From Octopus vulgaris (taxonomy: Eukaryota): a stretch of 64,000 nucleotides of DNA. Positions 27,522 to 41,343 of the stretch are shown one piece after another. Location of the stretch: assembly GCA_951406725.2 (NCBI GenBank), contig OX597836.1, forward strand, positions 11,036,001-11,100,000, read 5' to 3'. A program made the translations under genes and the position numbers. The notes beneath the pieces are model-generated. The model was given only the letters and a program-made list of their open reading frames with translations. It ran no database searches and had not been told where the DNA came from. How positions within the stretch are numbered: the stretch's first letter is position 1; every line of letters begins with the position of its first letter.

Positions 27522-27690
27522 TTTTTGGATTTGGTTTGCAAGATTCTTTATGTGAGTTGGTGTGTTGACGCATATTCTGTTGTGTCTGGGGAAAGTCATT
27601 TTCTTTTTGTGCCTGTTAATGTAACACACTCACCGGTAAAATTTCCACTTATTTCTTATTTTTATTTTCCTAAAATTTCCGTTGCGACAG
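27522..27690. repeat. Dispersed repeat fragment, second copy at ~43705-43772
   Basis: Shared TTGG..TTGGT.TGCAAGATTCTTTATG.GAGTT.GTGTGTTGA.GCATATTCTGTTGTGTCT. Confidence 0.7.
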
Positions 27691-27881
27691 AGGTGCATAC
27701 ATATACAAACACATCCTCACACACACACATACATAATAAATACACAGACACGGACATCCAAGCACATGAATATGCAGAATACATACATACATTTCTATCT
27801 ATCTATCTTTCTATCTATTTGTCTATCTATCTACCAGTTATCTGTCTATCTACCATTTATCTATCTATCTGTCTATCTATT

Positions 27882-27971
<90 letters not shown>

Positions 27972-28001
27972 GTATCTGTCTGTCTACCTATTTTATCTAT
28001 C

Positions 28002-28050
<49 letters not shown>

Positions 28051-28146
28051 CCATTCTACCCGTGTATCTATTTACCTATCTATATATATACATATAAGCT
28101 GTATATATATATAAGCTATAAAAGATTTTACATGATTGTGTGTATG

Positions 28147-28186
<40 letters not shown>

Positions 28187-29181
28187 TACACATACACACA
28201 AACAAACACACACAAACACACACATAGACACAAACACGCATTCCTAGTTACATCCAATCATTTAATCTGTCTTAATTTACCAGAAATCCATTCCTATTTC
28301 TACGCAGGCGGAAGTAGGTAACTGTGCTACAAGAAAACGCTATCGTCAGCTTTGCTATAACTGTACATTCGGCGGCAGCGCTTTTTTTCCCCCTTTCATT
28401 TTCTTAACAATTACAGCAATGTTCAGCCAAAAATATCTTAGTGGTGGGTCGTCACTGTATCAGTGCAATAAATTAAGAGCGGAGGAGTATTATAAATGAA
28501 GATTTTTATCTGTTTTCTTTTAATATATATTATACTTTTTATTGCGTTATTCTTGCTGACAATTGTTTGCAGAACTTTTCTTATTAATTCCCCTCGTCTA
28601 CGCGGTTTCCAGGTCGGTTGATGTAATTCCAACATATGTTGAACGTTGTCAACATCGTGTACGTGGTAGGAGATGTCAAAACAAAATGTCATGGAAATAG
28701 CGAAAAATATACATAAATAAATAAATAGATAAATAAATGAGATAAAAAATTATAAATTAATGAAGGAGAAAAAAAACACAGAGAAATTGTGTGTGTATGT
28801 GTGTGTATGTGTGTGTGTGTGTGAGAGAGAAAGAGATAGAGAGAGAGGGGGAAAAGAGAAGGAGAGAGAAAGTGAAAGAGACATGCGGACAGAGAAGAGA
28901 AACGAAGCGAAATTTACCGTCAGCAAGTCGTTTTATATGTGTTCCATAGAAACGAGAATATACATGTGTGTGTGTGTGTGTGTGTATATGTATATATATT
29001 TACATATATATTTATATACATATATTTACACACACATATATATATATATGCATATATGTATATATATATATAGTTGTGTATATACATATTTATATATGTA
29101 TTTATACATATATATATATACATACATATATACATGTATATACATGTATGTATATATATATATATAATATATCTATATACA

Positions 29182-29214
<33 letters not shown>

Positions 29215-29256
29215 ATATATATACATACATACATATATATATGTATATATATATTC

Positions 29257-29289
<33 letters not shown>

Positions 29290-29790
29290 AGTATATATAT
29301 ATATATATATATATGGGGTGGGGCACGTATGTATATAGAAAGAACCCAGTGTCATTCTTGTGTAACCTAATTAGATTGTCTCTCTTATGAACTAATTTAA
29401 ATAACAACTTACACGACACATTGTTATAACATTCACTTTTTTCTTCTTCTGGGATGAAGCACCAATTTCTGACATACGCGTATATATGTATGCGCATATG
29501 TATGTATATATTCATGTGTGTGTATATTTATGTATATATGTATGTATTTATGTATGTATTTATGCACGCACTTACACACACACACACACACTCACACACA
29601 CACACAGAAACGTATAATTATTTTCTTAAATAATTATATATGCTTACTTTTTATACTAAAGTAGGAATAGACGCATTCATTTTCTCTCTCTCTCACTCTT
29701 TCTCCCTCTCTTTATCTGTTTCACTTTCTATCTATCTATCTATCTATCTCACACACACACACACACACACACACACATTGGCTCACATAT

Positions 29791-30001
29791 TCTTTTACTT
29801 GTTTCAGTCATTCAATTGTGGCCATGCTGGAGCACCGCCTTTAGTCGAGCTAATCGACCCCAGGATTTATTAGTTGTAAGCCTAGTATTTATACTATCGA
29901 TAACTTTTGCCGAACTGCTATGTTACGGGGACATAAACACACCAGCGTCGGTTGTCAAACGATGTTGAGGGGACAAACACAGGCACACAAACATATACAC
30001 T

Positions 30002-30067
<66 letters not shown>

Positions 30068-30211
30068 TACGACGGGCTTCTTTCAGTTTCCGTCTACCAA
30101 ATCCACTCACAAGGCTTTGGTCGGTCCGAGGCTATAGTAGAAGACACGTGTGCAAAATGAACCTGGAACCATGTGGTTCGTACGCAAGCTACTTACCACA
30201 CAGTCACTCCT
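29791..30211 (-). mobile_element. SINE family A, near full length with expanded internal (TA)n
   Basis: Same head, body and tail as 10323-10713. Confidence 0.9.
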
Positions 30212-30569
30212 ATACACACATTTGAATAGGGATTTATGAAAATATTTTCAAACCACGTTATTCGTCCATCAAATGACGCATCCATGATATTATTGATAGA
30301 TTCTATGGCCTATGAAAAGTGCGGTCCATCTACACACGTGAACACACACGTATGTGTATGCATTCTGGGTGTATGAGTGTAAATATGTACGTGTGGATGT
30401 GTACGTATGGGGTATGAACTTGTATGGTTCTGATTATGCACGTGTGGCTATGTATGTGTGAGGTGTGGGTATGTACATGTGGGCGTACATGTAGATGGAC
30501 TACCAGACAATGGAGTGGAGGTTAAGAGGTGAAGTAAATATAAGACGATAAAAACAATGAATAATTACC

Positions 30570-30609
<40 letters not shown>

Positions 30610-30728
30610 GTATACATGTACGTGCATATATATATACGTACACACACATATATATATATATATGCATGATTGCACGTATGTATGTATATGTTTATATATA
30701 TATGGATATGTATGTATATATGTAAATT

Positions 30729-30759
<31 letters not shown>

Positions 30760-31200
30760 GAACATGTACCTAAATTGACTATTGTCTTCTATGTATGCAT
30801 GTATATATGAATATGTATATATATGTATATATATATGTGTGTGTATATATGTATATATATAAACATATATATATATATATATATATATAAACATGTACTC
30901 AAATTGACTATTGTTTTCTAGGTTGACAAAAGCATAATGAATAATGGGTGTCACGTAAACACACCAACATCGGGTGTCAAGTGATGTTGAAATTAAATAC
31001 TCGCTTCTTCAGATGAACCTTTCAATTTTAATCTCTTAATATCTATCTATCTACATACATACTTATTTACATACACATACATACATACATACATACATAC
31101 ATACATACACATGTATAAATATGTATATATGAGTGTGTCCCCGTCAGGTCTGTGTCTATATCTAGGTGTATATGTGTATGTATATATGTGTGTATGTAAG

Positions 31201-31238
<38 letters not shown>

Positions 31239-31249
31239 GTATGTATAAG

Positions 31250-31366
31250 CTTTAGTCAGCCCGAGGCTATAGTAGAAAACTCTTTCCTGCTCAAGGTGCC
31301 ACGGAGTGGGACTGAACCCGGAGCCATGTGGCTGGTAAGCAAGCTACAAACCACACAGCCACTCCG
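31250..31366 (-). mobile_element. SINE family A head
   Basis: CCCGAGGCTATAGTAGAA...CAAGGTGCCACGGAGTGGGACTGAACCCGG...CCACACAGCCACTCC. Confidence 0.85.
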
Positions 31367-31530
31367 TCAATTTTCTTCGTATTTTTACAGATGTGAATCG
31401 ATATGCTTTTTTCTTTTAATCTTTTTTGTTTTCTTTCATATTTAGTGTTATATATATAGATTACAGAAAAGGACAAAATTTCTTGCTCTATATCATGCAC
31501 TCACACATATATACAAGATTAAACAAATAT

Positions 31531-31702
31531 TTGCAGCGTAGAAGGTGTTTGTAAGCCATTTAAGAAACACACAAAAGCTGTTCGATTCACTTCAACATTT
31601 AAGTTTAATTTGTCAAAATATTTTCGTCGCTTTAAGACCGCGACCTGTTCGAACGGCTTTTGTGTGTGTCTCAAATGGCTTACAGACACCTTCCACGCTG
31701 CA
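31531..31702. repeat. Fold-back inverted repeat (~55-bp arms, ~60-bp spacer)
   Basis: TTGCAGCGTAGAAGGTGTTTGTAAGCCATTTAAGAAACACACAAAAGCTGTTCGA vs TCGAACGGCTTTTGTGTGTGTCTCAAATGGCTTACAGACACCTTCCACGCTGCAA. Confidence 0.85.
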
Positions 31703-32536
31703 ATTGTTTTCGTTTCAGCACACGATCTCAGATCAAATCACTTGCTATGCAAGTACATCTCCGTAAACAAATATTACTTTATGGCTATTGCGGATATGCG
31801 CAAAAAAAAAGGAGGCCCCTAATGGTATTTTCTATAATTCCAGTCCCGCCGGTCCACAAGGGTTAATTCCCCTGAAGAAACGTTTTCATGATGTATTCGT
31901 GTAATCAATAAAAAATATGTCTGAAAAAATGAATCTTAACTCATTTTTGTCTTTCTCTATGCAAATATTAGACCTGGACTCTTCCATGCATTCGATCTGT
32001 AACTCTCAGGGCATCATAGAAAAGCATGTCGGCTTGAATGTGTATAATTTCATTGCATGAACAGTTATATGAATGTGTATATTGATTTGTTCATGTGTAT
32101 GTATATGTAAGTCATAGGACATGTTTGTGTATGCATTGATATATGCATGAGTGTCTATATACGATATATATATATATATACATGGAGCGCTTATCTCGAC
32201 CCTGACTTAGTGTCCTTATCCTTAAAGTACCACGATTCAAACGAATCCTACGAACAATTAATTATGTATGCGCGCGTGTGTGTGTATGTGTGTGTGTGCG
32301 TTTGTGTGTTTATCTACAAGTGCGCATGTGCTAACTTGCTCTCTGAACTCCTGATGGAGTCACGGGATCATACCTCATGACATGTTGCATGTCTAGAGCA
32401 TTCTTAGGGCCTCACAGTTCACTCCACACACACACGCATATGTTTATATATATATATATATATATATACACATACAGAATTATATATATATATATATACA
32501 CAAATATTTATATATATATATATATATATATATTTG

Positions 32537-32616
<80 letters not shown>

Positions 32617-32622
32617 CATACA

Positions 32623-32834
32623 CAGTAATCTCTAGATTATAGCGTGTGTTACGTTCCAAACCCACCCGCGATATGTGAAAATTCGCGAAGCAGAAACAAT
32701 ACTCTGTATATTTTTTTATTATTTTCATAATTTGTAGGAATTTACTTTATCATAAATGCAAAACAACTCACAGAGGAATCGACGTAAGCTCAATTTACAA
32801 ACCGCGATAGGTGAACCGCGATATGTTCAGAGAT

Positions 32835-32840
<6 letters not shown>
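32623..32840. mobile_element. Tigger/pogo-like MITE
   Basis: CAGTAATCTCTAGATTATAGCG...GTTACGTTCC..ACCCGCGATA.GTGAAAAT.CGCGAAG left end; CGCGATAGGTGAACCGCGATA..GAGATTA right end. Confidence 0.7.
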
Positions 32841-32880
<40 letters not shown>

Positions 32881-32924
32881 ATATATATATAATAAAACTT
32901 TACATATATAAATATAAATAACGT

Positions 32925-33065
32925 GAAATACACAAAGGGACGAACATAAAAAACAGACGGGTCATTCAAAGCCTTCATTCTTCAGTCAGAAACCGATTCA
33001 TCATTGCAAATTTCGGCTGTTTAATTCTGAGATCTGCTCTGAATCGGCCAGCCCCAGAAGGAAAG
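32925..33065. repeat. Dispersed repeat, second copy at ~55985-56115
   Basis: Shared ACGGG.CATTC.AAGCCTTCA.TCTTCAGTCA..AACCG..TCATC...GCAA.TTTCGGCTG.TTAAT..TGAGAT...GGCCAGCCCC. Confidence 0.75.
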
Positions 33066-33198
33066 AATGCAACGTAACAGAGACGAACATGAAACGAAAA
33101 AAACTTTTTTGAAGACAGTAACGATTAAAAACAAGGATGACACAGGCGCCCTACGGCTTTGAGACAAAATGATTGTGTGTGTGTGTGTGTGTGTGTGT

Positions 33199-33493
33199 GG
33201 AGGCGCAATGGCCCACTGGTTAGGTCATTGAACTCGCGGTCGGACGATCTCGGACGACCGGGCGTTGTGTGTGTTTATTGAGCGAAAACACCTAAAGCTT
33301 CACGAGGCTCCAGCAGTGGGAGGGTGGGTGGCGCCCCCTGTTGTACTCTTTCGCTCCAACGTTCTCTCAATCTTTCTTCCCGTTTCTTGAGTATCGCTGC
33401 GATGGACTAGCGTCCCGTCCAGCTGGGGAGAACACATACGCCACAGAAACCGCGAAACCGTGCCTATGAGCCTGGCTAGGCTTGAGAAGGGCG
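33199..33493 (+). mobile_element. SINE family C, near full length
   Basis: GGAGGCGCAATGGCCCACTGGTTAGG head; GCTGCGATGGACTAGCGTCCCGTCCAGC; tail GAGCCTGGCTAGGCTTGAGAAGGGCG. Confidence 0.85.
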
Positions 33494-34092
33494 AGAAAAT
33501 TTATATATACATATATAGATACGTACATATCCACTCGCATACACGTTTAGTAGGATTTCTTCTTATGGGTTTTCAAATTTTTAAAATCGGTTACAGACAT
33601 AGGCGATGGCAATAAAGACAGGAATCAGAATAAAAATAAAAATAAAAATTGATTCTTATATCAGAATAGCGCCAATCGAATGTTTTAACAATTTACTTGA
33701 AAATATATTAGAAACACGCAGTCATATGTAAATTTATACCAAATAATTAAACACAGTTATACATACATTGGTATATTTATTATGTTATTTGATAAGAAAT
33801 AGCTTTTGTTCGAAGAATTATTTAAATCTGTGTGGAATTAGTAAAGCTTTAGAATCGACAAAAACTAAACGAACGATATTTTTAGAGTTTAAAAATTCGA
33901 GGTGTTAATTCGATTTGGAATAGGATGTAACTTAGTTAGTAAACCCGTGTGTAAGCTACGTTGAGTTTATGGTTAATTAAATTAATGAATCATAGCTGTG
34001 AAAAATTATATTCATTGTAAGATGTTTATTGGGAACATAGGAAAGGATACACAAATTTACAGATGAAAAATACCGGGGTTATACGTACCAAG

Positions 34093-34173
<81 letters not shown>

Positions 34174-34292
34174 CCTATCCATCTAATTATCTATCGATTT
34201 AATTATCTATCTATCTATCGATCGATCTATCTATCTAATTATCTATCTATCTATTTAATTATATATCTGTCTATATATACATACATACATGT

Positions 34293-34338
<46 letters not shown>

Positions 34339-34347
34339 GTATGTATT

Positions 34348-35000
34348 CTAGATGAATGACCCGGCGTTGCCCGAGTTACTGCTGTTCTCATTCAGAGTAG
34401 TAAACAGTGAATATTGATATAATCTCATAATTCTTTCAAAATATCTATATTTTATTAAAAAATATCCAAATTGTAATGATAATAGAATTTCGAACTGAAA
34501 ATCTGGCAATGTTGAAGCACATCAGAGTAAACAATATTCATTGTGATATTTTTTGTTGGTGTCCGAATGAATAAATTGTTGCTGCTTCCAACTCATGAGC
34601 AACCAACAGAGAGTTGGCCGTAGAAGAAGCATGGAATAGAGAGATCCAGTGCAACCACCTTGAGGGATTGACCCTGAGATTTGTTAATTGAAATACCAAA
34701 ACTTAGTTTGACTGGAAACCGAAGCGTCTTATGTTCAAATGGAACATCTGTAGGTATGAGAGGGATTTTTGGAATTATGGTATTTTCTCCTTTGTGACTT
34801 GTCTGTTATAGCTGTTGCCTGTAGGTCATGGGACTTCATGGAAGTAACAATTAAGCGAGTTCCATTACACAGGTGAGATGGATCAATATTCCTAAGCAAC
34901 ATAATTGGAGCACCCAGTTTTAGTGCCAAGTTATGCGGCGGCATCCCAGTGGGTTTAAGTATGTTCAAAAATTCAAAAGGATATTGAATTCTTTCTGAGG
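34348..35000 (-). mobile_element. Helitron 3' portion
   Basis: PIF1 helicase C-terminus followed by terminal hairpin CTCGGGCAACGCCGGG and CTAG end (34348-34351) on minus strand. Confidence 0.92.
34510..34990 (-). pseudogene. Helitron Rep/Hel PIF1-family helicase C-terminal fragment
   Basis: YPFEFLN..GMPPHNLALKLGAPIMLLRN..LCNGTRL, frameshift near 34795, then IPKIPLIP..FPVKLSFGISINKSQGQSL..FFYGQLSVGCS*V..NIVYSDVL. Confidence 0.92.
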
Positions 35001-37971
35001 GTTTGTGTGTGGGGGGAGACATTTTCGAAGATACAGAAATTCGTAATTTTTTTTGCTTGAGTAGTTATTTCAACTGTGTAAGTTTACATGGTGTAGAATA
35101 TGTACTGACTAACGCAGTAAAACGTCTGAGTAAAAAAGATGTTAGATTCATTTATCTTTCACTTGAGTAATAGAAAAAGATCTTTAAAAATATCCCAACA
35201 GTGGAGACGTGCTAAAACTAACAGTTAAATCGCCCCTAACTTTTTTCCATGGTGAAACTATATTCAACACCGTATTTATGAATTTGTTTCTCTGACGATG
35301 ATACATGGGATCTTTTTAAAAAAACATTTTTGTTACTCAAACGGAAAATGAATGAATCTTACAAAATTTCTCTGCGTCCCCGATGTAACAAAGTACAGAA
35401 AGTCAACATTCATTTGGAACTTACACGAAATGTTATAACATTCAGGATTGAACGAGACGGTAAAGAAAGTGAAGCTCCATGATAATTCAGAAGGCATAAT
35501 TCAATTTTCCTTACAAAAATAATTTATTTTTTTTACAATTTTTAAACGAACGCTGAACAGTCTTTTGAAAGGAAAATGTTGCTGTTGAGAACGTTAATCA
35601 ATTTAAAACATTTACTACATGATGAATGTAGCAAGACGTAAATTCATGTGGCATCGTGTATTTTAACTGTGTAAGATTATATGTTGCAGAATAAATACTA
35701 ACGCAACAAAAAGTTTGTGCAGCGTTAAATATTAACACTGTTAAAGCAGCATAGCTGGAATACGATAAGGGCGATAGGACTGTTAAAAAAGCATTGTCTT
35801 CAAAGGACTGGAATAACATTTCTGTAATTATATTAAAAGAGGCGCTAAGGTTTCTACTTCGCCATTTTCCCGAATTTGTTGTAATAACCAGACTAATATC
35901 TTTTCCAGTTATATTTGCGAGTGTTGTGAGTGCTGTCAAATCAGTGAAATCTTCATGTTGGTTATAAAAATCAAAATAATATTTCAGCACATTAGTGATA
36001 ATCGTTAATGCTGTTTAAAGGGCAACTCTCCATGATGAAAAGGAAAATCCAAACAGTGGTACTTCAAAGTAAAGTGAACACTGTTGTTCGTTCAACGTCC
36101 AGGCCGTAACTAAACTAAACTCTTTCAAAATCGGCGGGTTTCATAAAAATTATCACACATACACTCTCAAATACATATACTTGTCAGTCAACGACCCAAC
36201 GTACGTAAGAAACGTGCAAACACACATACTGACCGACACACACATACTGACCGACACATACACACATACAGAAATTGTGACGTCGTCGTTGTCGTCGTAT
36301 AAAATGTCGTTTACGGTAGTTGACTTACAAACCTTATAATGTTAAAATTCTGTAATGCAAATATGTAAATGAAAATAAAGTTTAGTTGGTAGCCGAAGGT
36401 TTACTGATTATTTTTGATAGCCCACACATCATAATCTCGGCAACTCAATTTTCGAATTCATGAGGCACATACGCACGCATTAGTTCTTCTATGGTTCCCT
36501 TGTTTTGAGGCTGGTGAGCAAGCTGGTCAACATATTGGATACAACGCAAAACAATGAAATTGTAAACGTTAGGAAACGCTTATTTCGGGGTTTGTGGAGC
36601 TACTTATTCAGGGGCTGCCCTCCGTTCGACAACTGTCGAATGTTGTGTATCCTAAAACTCATCTTCTAAGTATCTCCAGAAAAAACAAGTACATTGGTGT
36701 GCGGTCCAGATAACGCGGATTGAAGTTCAAGGGAACTGGATAGAGGCGGATTTACGCTAGAAAAGCTCTTGCCCATTGGTGCCCAAGCACAATTAGTTCG
36801 AACGCTGAATCATGTGATCCTCAACTGTAAATTCTTCGCAACTTGTTAAGCCTGCTATTCGATAACATTTAACGTATTCTCTGCAGAATATTCTTGAGAT
36901 TTATTAGAAATTTGTGAAACGTATTTTTTTTTAATATAATGGAAAACGCTATTTGAGCAACGCATGTATGCCTAAAGTAGCTATCATTTGATAAATTGTT
37001 TGTGAATTTTTCTCGTTCTTATTTTTGTATTAGAAGTTTGTAATATAATTATCGATAAATTAGTTAACATTCTTTCCAATATTTGTATTACTTTCGCTTT
37101 AACCTTAACCCCACTATGACACATTCTCTTTGAAGATAGCCACGCAAACAGCTGAATGTTCACTAAATCTTTCTTCTTCTCCTATCGGAAAAAGTATTAC
37201 ATCCCTTTCTATGGAAACCAAATACATCATTAAAGAATTTCAATCACTGAACATTACGTAGGCTAACAGATTTTCCATTCGTATGTTGTGTGTTCCTTTA
37301 AAGATTTGCAGTGAATGCTGCCAATATTCAGAAAGAAAAAAAAACCCATCTATATATTTATTTACAATAATGGAGTCACCAAGAATACATGCAATTGACG
37401 GCTGATTTGCTCTCCACTATGAAGCTTGAATTGCAATTTCTATCTTCATATGAACTGCTAAATCTATTTGATAGATGTATATCTACAATTTTACAGTTCA
37501 GGATTATTGTATTTGAATTTCGTAGATTATGGGAAAATCTCATATCTACATTTATCAATTGAGAATATTAACAATTGGCCACTGAAAGGTTTATTCCGTT
37601 CCCTTGATAAATGCCAGAGAAAGCGAGTGCCATACAGAATTTACAAAACCGATTTATCACTGAATATCCACATCTTCCTTTACTAACTACTTGCTAATAC
37701 ACGAGGGAGAATATAGATATTGAAATCTATACAGATTCATTATGAGAGATTATAGCGGGAATGTGAAACATCCACGCTTGTATGCCATGGTGCAGTCTCA
37801 ATACTTTGTACACAAACCGAATAAAGATTACAGTAGGCAACCATTTGTCTTGTTGGAATTGGTTGGGTTTAAATGAAAGGAACATTAAATTTCCTTTTTA
37901 TTATTCTCTGTTCCTCTGGAGGTTGATATGTAACCAGTGGCGTTATAGATATCTATTAACGATCACTTTGG

Positions 37972-38020
<49 letters not shown>

Positions 38021-38531
38021 TGTATGTATGTATGTATGTATGTATGTATGTATGTATGTATGTATGTATGTATGTATGTATGAATGGTTCTAAGACACAC
38101 ACGGGCAAAGTTGTTTAGCAGGTGATATGTAGTTCCATGGAGGAAAATTTTGCTACCATTTGAAAATACTAAATGGTCTAGACATAAAACGGAATGAGAG
38201 GAACGTCGAGGGAGATTAAAATTTGATTTAGGTGGTAGTAAATGATCAGAAGGGTAAATAATATTTTAGTAGAAGCAGAGCAGTTTATTCACAACTATGT
38301 TTCTTTCATCTATAAAGCAGTATTTAAGACATTAATGTTTCAAAACTGCAGAGAATGGAGTGAGTAATAGCATTTATTATACATAGAAGAGGCATTTAAA
38401 TCAGCAATACACTCGATAGCGGCTCTTAAAATGCTTGCTTATACTTCAACAGTGTTCGATTAATATGCATAAGGATCACTCGCGATAATAATTTTATATC
38501 GTAGACTCTGCCTCACTTGAGAGAAGCTTAC

Positions 38532-38717
38532 CTGCAAACCACTGATCAGCAGAACGAAACACGAAGTTAACACAACATGGCCACCTATGCGGTCGATAAG
38601 CAGTCGCCATTTTGACTGCACGCTATATTTTAACGATACAGGTATAAGTATGTTTGCGAGTGGTGGTGCTGTTGTCGATAGTGGTATTTCTGTTGCTAAA
38701 GCAAGCAGCATAACTCT
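38532..38717 (-). CDS. Candidate spliced host-gene exon (unknown product)
   Basis: Branch/acceptor TACTAATTCTATTCCGCAG|, donor CAG|GTAAGC, 186 nt open frame RVMLLALATE...HVVLTSCFVLLISGLQ; GC higher than flanks; alternative start AAAATGGCG (MATAYRPHRW...) also open to the donor. Confidence 0.4.
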
Positions 38718-39980
38718 CTGCGGAATAGAATTAGTAACCAACATCTTAATTTCATATATTTTTGGTATTGCTAAGACATGTAATTGTCTGGAAATACATT
38801 TTACTTATCAAGATAACGCATGATTAAGCTAGCGTTAACTTCACAGGAAACAACTTTGCTCACAAGAACGCTTTCGGTTAGTGTTTAATCTCTCTAGGAA
38901 ATATTAAGAAATACTTATGATTTTAAGCACACAAACATATATGTGTATATATTTATGCATACATGCATTTATACATACATACAAATATATGGATGCATGC
39001 ATACATGCACACATACATACATACATATAATTACATACACGTAAGTATTATGCATGTATGTATATGTGTATATATGTATGTGCAGAAATTCAGTGCTGAT
39101 ATTCACTGTGTTCATAGGGCTGTAAATTTTATTTTTACACGATATTCCACGTATAGAAATGTAAAACTACAACAACAGTAACAGCATAAACAATAAAAAC
39201 AACTATATAACTCAACCCCGCCAAAAAAACAACAAAATGGATTTGGTCTGGTAAATTATTCTACGAAATTACATTTTGTGAAATTCTTTTGGGAAGATAG
39301 ATTCTGTAAATCTGCAATGATTCAAAGAAAATGTGGGAAAAAATAGAAGCTGAAAAAATTATTGGACAGGCCAAATTTCAATATCAGAACTTGACTACAA
39401 AGGAGAGAGAAGATCATGTCTAACTGAGCAAACTAAGAAAGGCAGATAAAGTTTTGCTTAGTATTTTTGTTTTCTTTTCTTCGTTCTCAGCCAACTACTT
39501 CGAAGAGATACTAAGAGTTTCTTGTTTTATCGATATATATATATATGCATACATACATATATGTATATATATTCGCCTACATAGTTATCATACTTGTATG
39601 TAAGCTCGTATGTTTGTATATATAAATATATATATGTATGTATGTACTTGTTGGTATATGTACATATGTCCCTTGTGTAAGCAGCTATTTATTCATAGCT
39701 ACATGCATTATACATGGAATATCTTATATCGTTGTATTATGTTGAAGAGTTTGTATGTTATAATGTATTGTTATGGGAAGGGTAGCGGTGTCGTGTCTTT
39801 CGTTTTTTTCTCTTTTCTATTTTATTTTCTTTTCTTCCGTTTCTGATTCGAGATACGAGAACAATACAATATTCATGTGATATTGTCGTTTAGGAAACAA
39901 AACAAAATATATATGATGGAATAAGATACATTAAATACTTGGCATAGACGATGACAATGATGACAGATATGGTGCCAATG

Positions 39981-40042
<62 letters not shown>

Positions 40043-40059
40043 CTTTATTCATCTCTGAT

Positions 40060-40720
40060 ATTGGTACGAAGTCTGAAATTTTGAAGGGAGGGTGTAGTCG
40101 ATTAATATCAACCCAAGTGCTCAACTGGGATTTATTTGATCACTCTATAGTAAAGACATAGTCAATCTCGGCGTCATTTGAACTCAGAACGTAACATAGG
40201 ATGATATACTTTTAAGCATCCCTTCAGCCCGCCGCCTTATGTCTTAAATAGTAAAATTTGTGCTAATATATTCAACATAACGGGGACAGTTAGCTGGTAG
40301 AATCGTTAGCATGCTGGGTAAAATGCTTAGTGGCATTTCCTCCGTCTTTACGTCTTTACGTTCTGGGTTCAAATTCCACCGACGTCGACTTTGCTTTTCA
40401 TTCTGTTGGGGTCGATAAAATAAATACCAGTAAAACACTCGCGTCGATATAATCGAGTTATTCACTCCCCTGAAATTGCTAGCTTTATGTCAAAAACTGA
40501 ATCAGATATATTTAAGGTACAGAGGGCGACAAGTTGAAAGAATCGTTAGCACGCCGGCCAAGTGCTTAATGGCATTTCGTTCATTTTTATGTTCTGAGTT
40601 CAAATCCTGTCGAGGCCAACTCTTTTGAGATCAAGAAAATAGGTAAAGTTTGGGTACTGGAGTTGTAACAGACTTAACCACTCACCCTGAAATTACTGGC
40701 CAGGTGCTAAAATTTAAAAC
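40060..40720. mobile_element. Cluster of three older SINE B copies (40060-40235 -, 40282-40500 +, 40524-40720 +)
   Basis: Each has AGAATCGTTAGCA / TTCTG(A/G)GTTCAAAT / GTCGACTTTGC-type motifs. Confidence 0.8.
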
Positions 40721-40759
40721 GAATATATTTAATGAAATGAGAGTGGCGACCTGGAAGAA

Positions 40760-41343
40760 TTTCTTTACTACCCACAAGGGGCTAAACACAGAGGAGACAA
40801 ACAAGGACAGACACACGGACTAAGTCGATTATATCGACCCCAGTGCGTAACAGGTACTTATTCTATCGACCCCGAAAGGATGAAAGGTAAAGTCGACCTC
40901 GGAGGAATTTGAACTCAGAATGTAACGGCAGACGAAATACCTATTTCTTTACTACCCACAAGGGGCTAAACACAGAGAGGACAAACAAGGACAGACACAC
41001 GGATGAAGTTGATTATATCGACCCTAGTGCGTAACTGGTACTTATTTAATCGACCCCGAAAGGATGAAAGGCAAAGTCGACCTCGGAGGAATTTGAACTC
41101 AGAATGTAACGGCAGACGACAGAAAGGTCAGCACATGGGGCTAAACACAGAGGGGACAAACAAGGACAGACAAACGGATTAAGTCGATTATATCGACCCC
41201 AGTGCGTAACTGGTACTTATTTAATCGACTCCGAAAGGATGAAAGGCAAAGTCGATCTCGGCGGAATTTGAACTCAGAACGTAACGGCAGACGAAATCCC
41301 GCTAAGCATTTCACCCGGCGTGCTAACGATTCTGCCAGCTCGC
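40760..41343 (-). mobile_element. Young SINE B tandem trimer
   Basis: Three ~180-bp units TTTACTACCCACAAGGGGCTAAACACAGAG..GACCCCGAAAGGATGAAAGGCAAAGTCGACCTCGG..GAACTCAGAA; only the last carries the full tRNA head. Confidence 0.92.

Noticed and set aside
30761-30918. Duplicated 30-bp motif AACATGTAC..AAATTGACTATTGT
   Set aside because: Small local duplication within a microsatellite field; no further structure.
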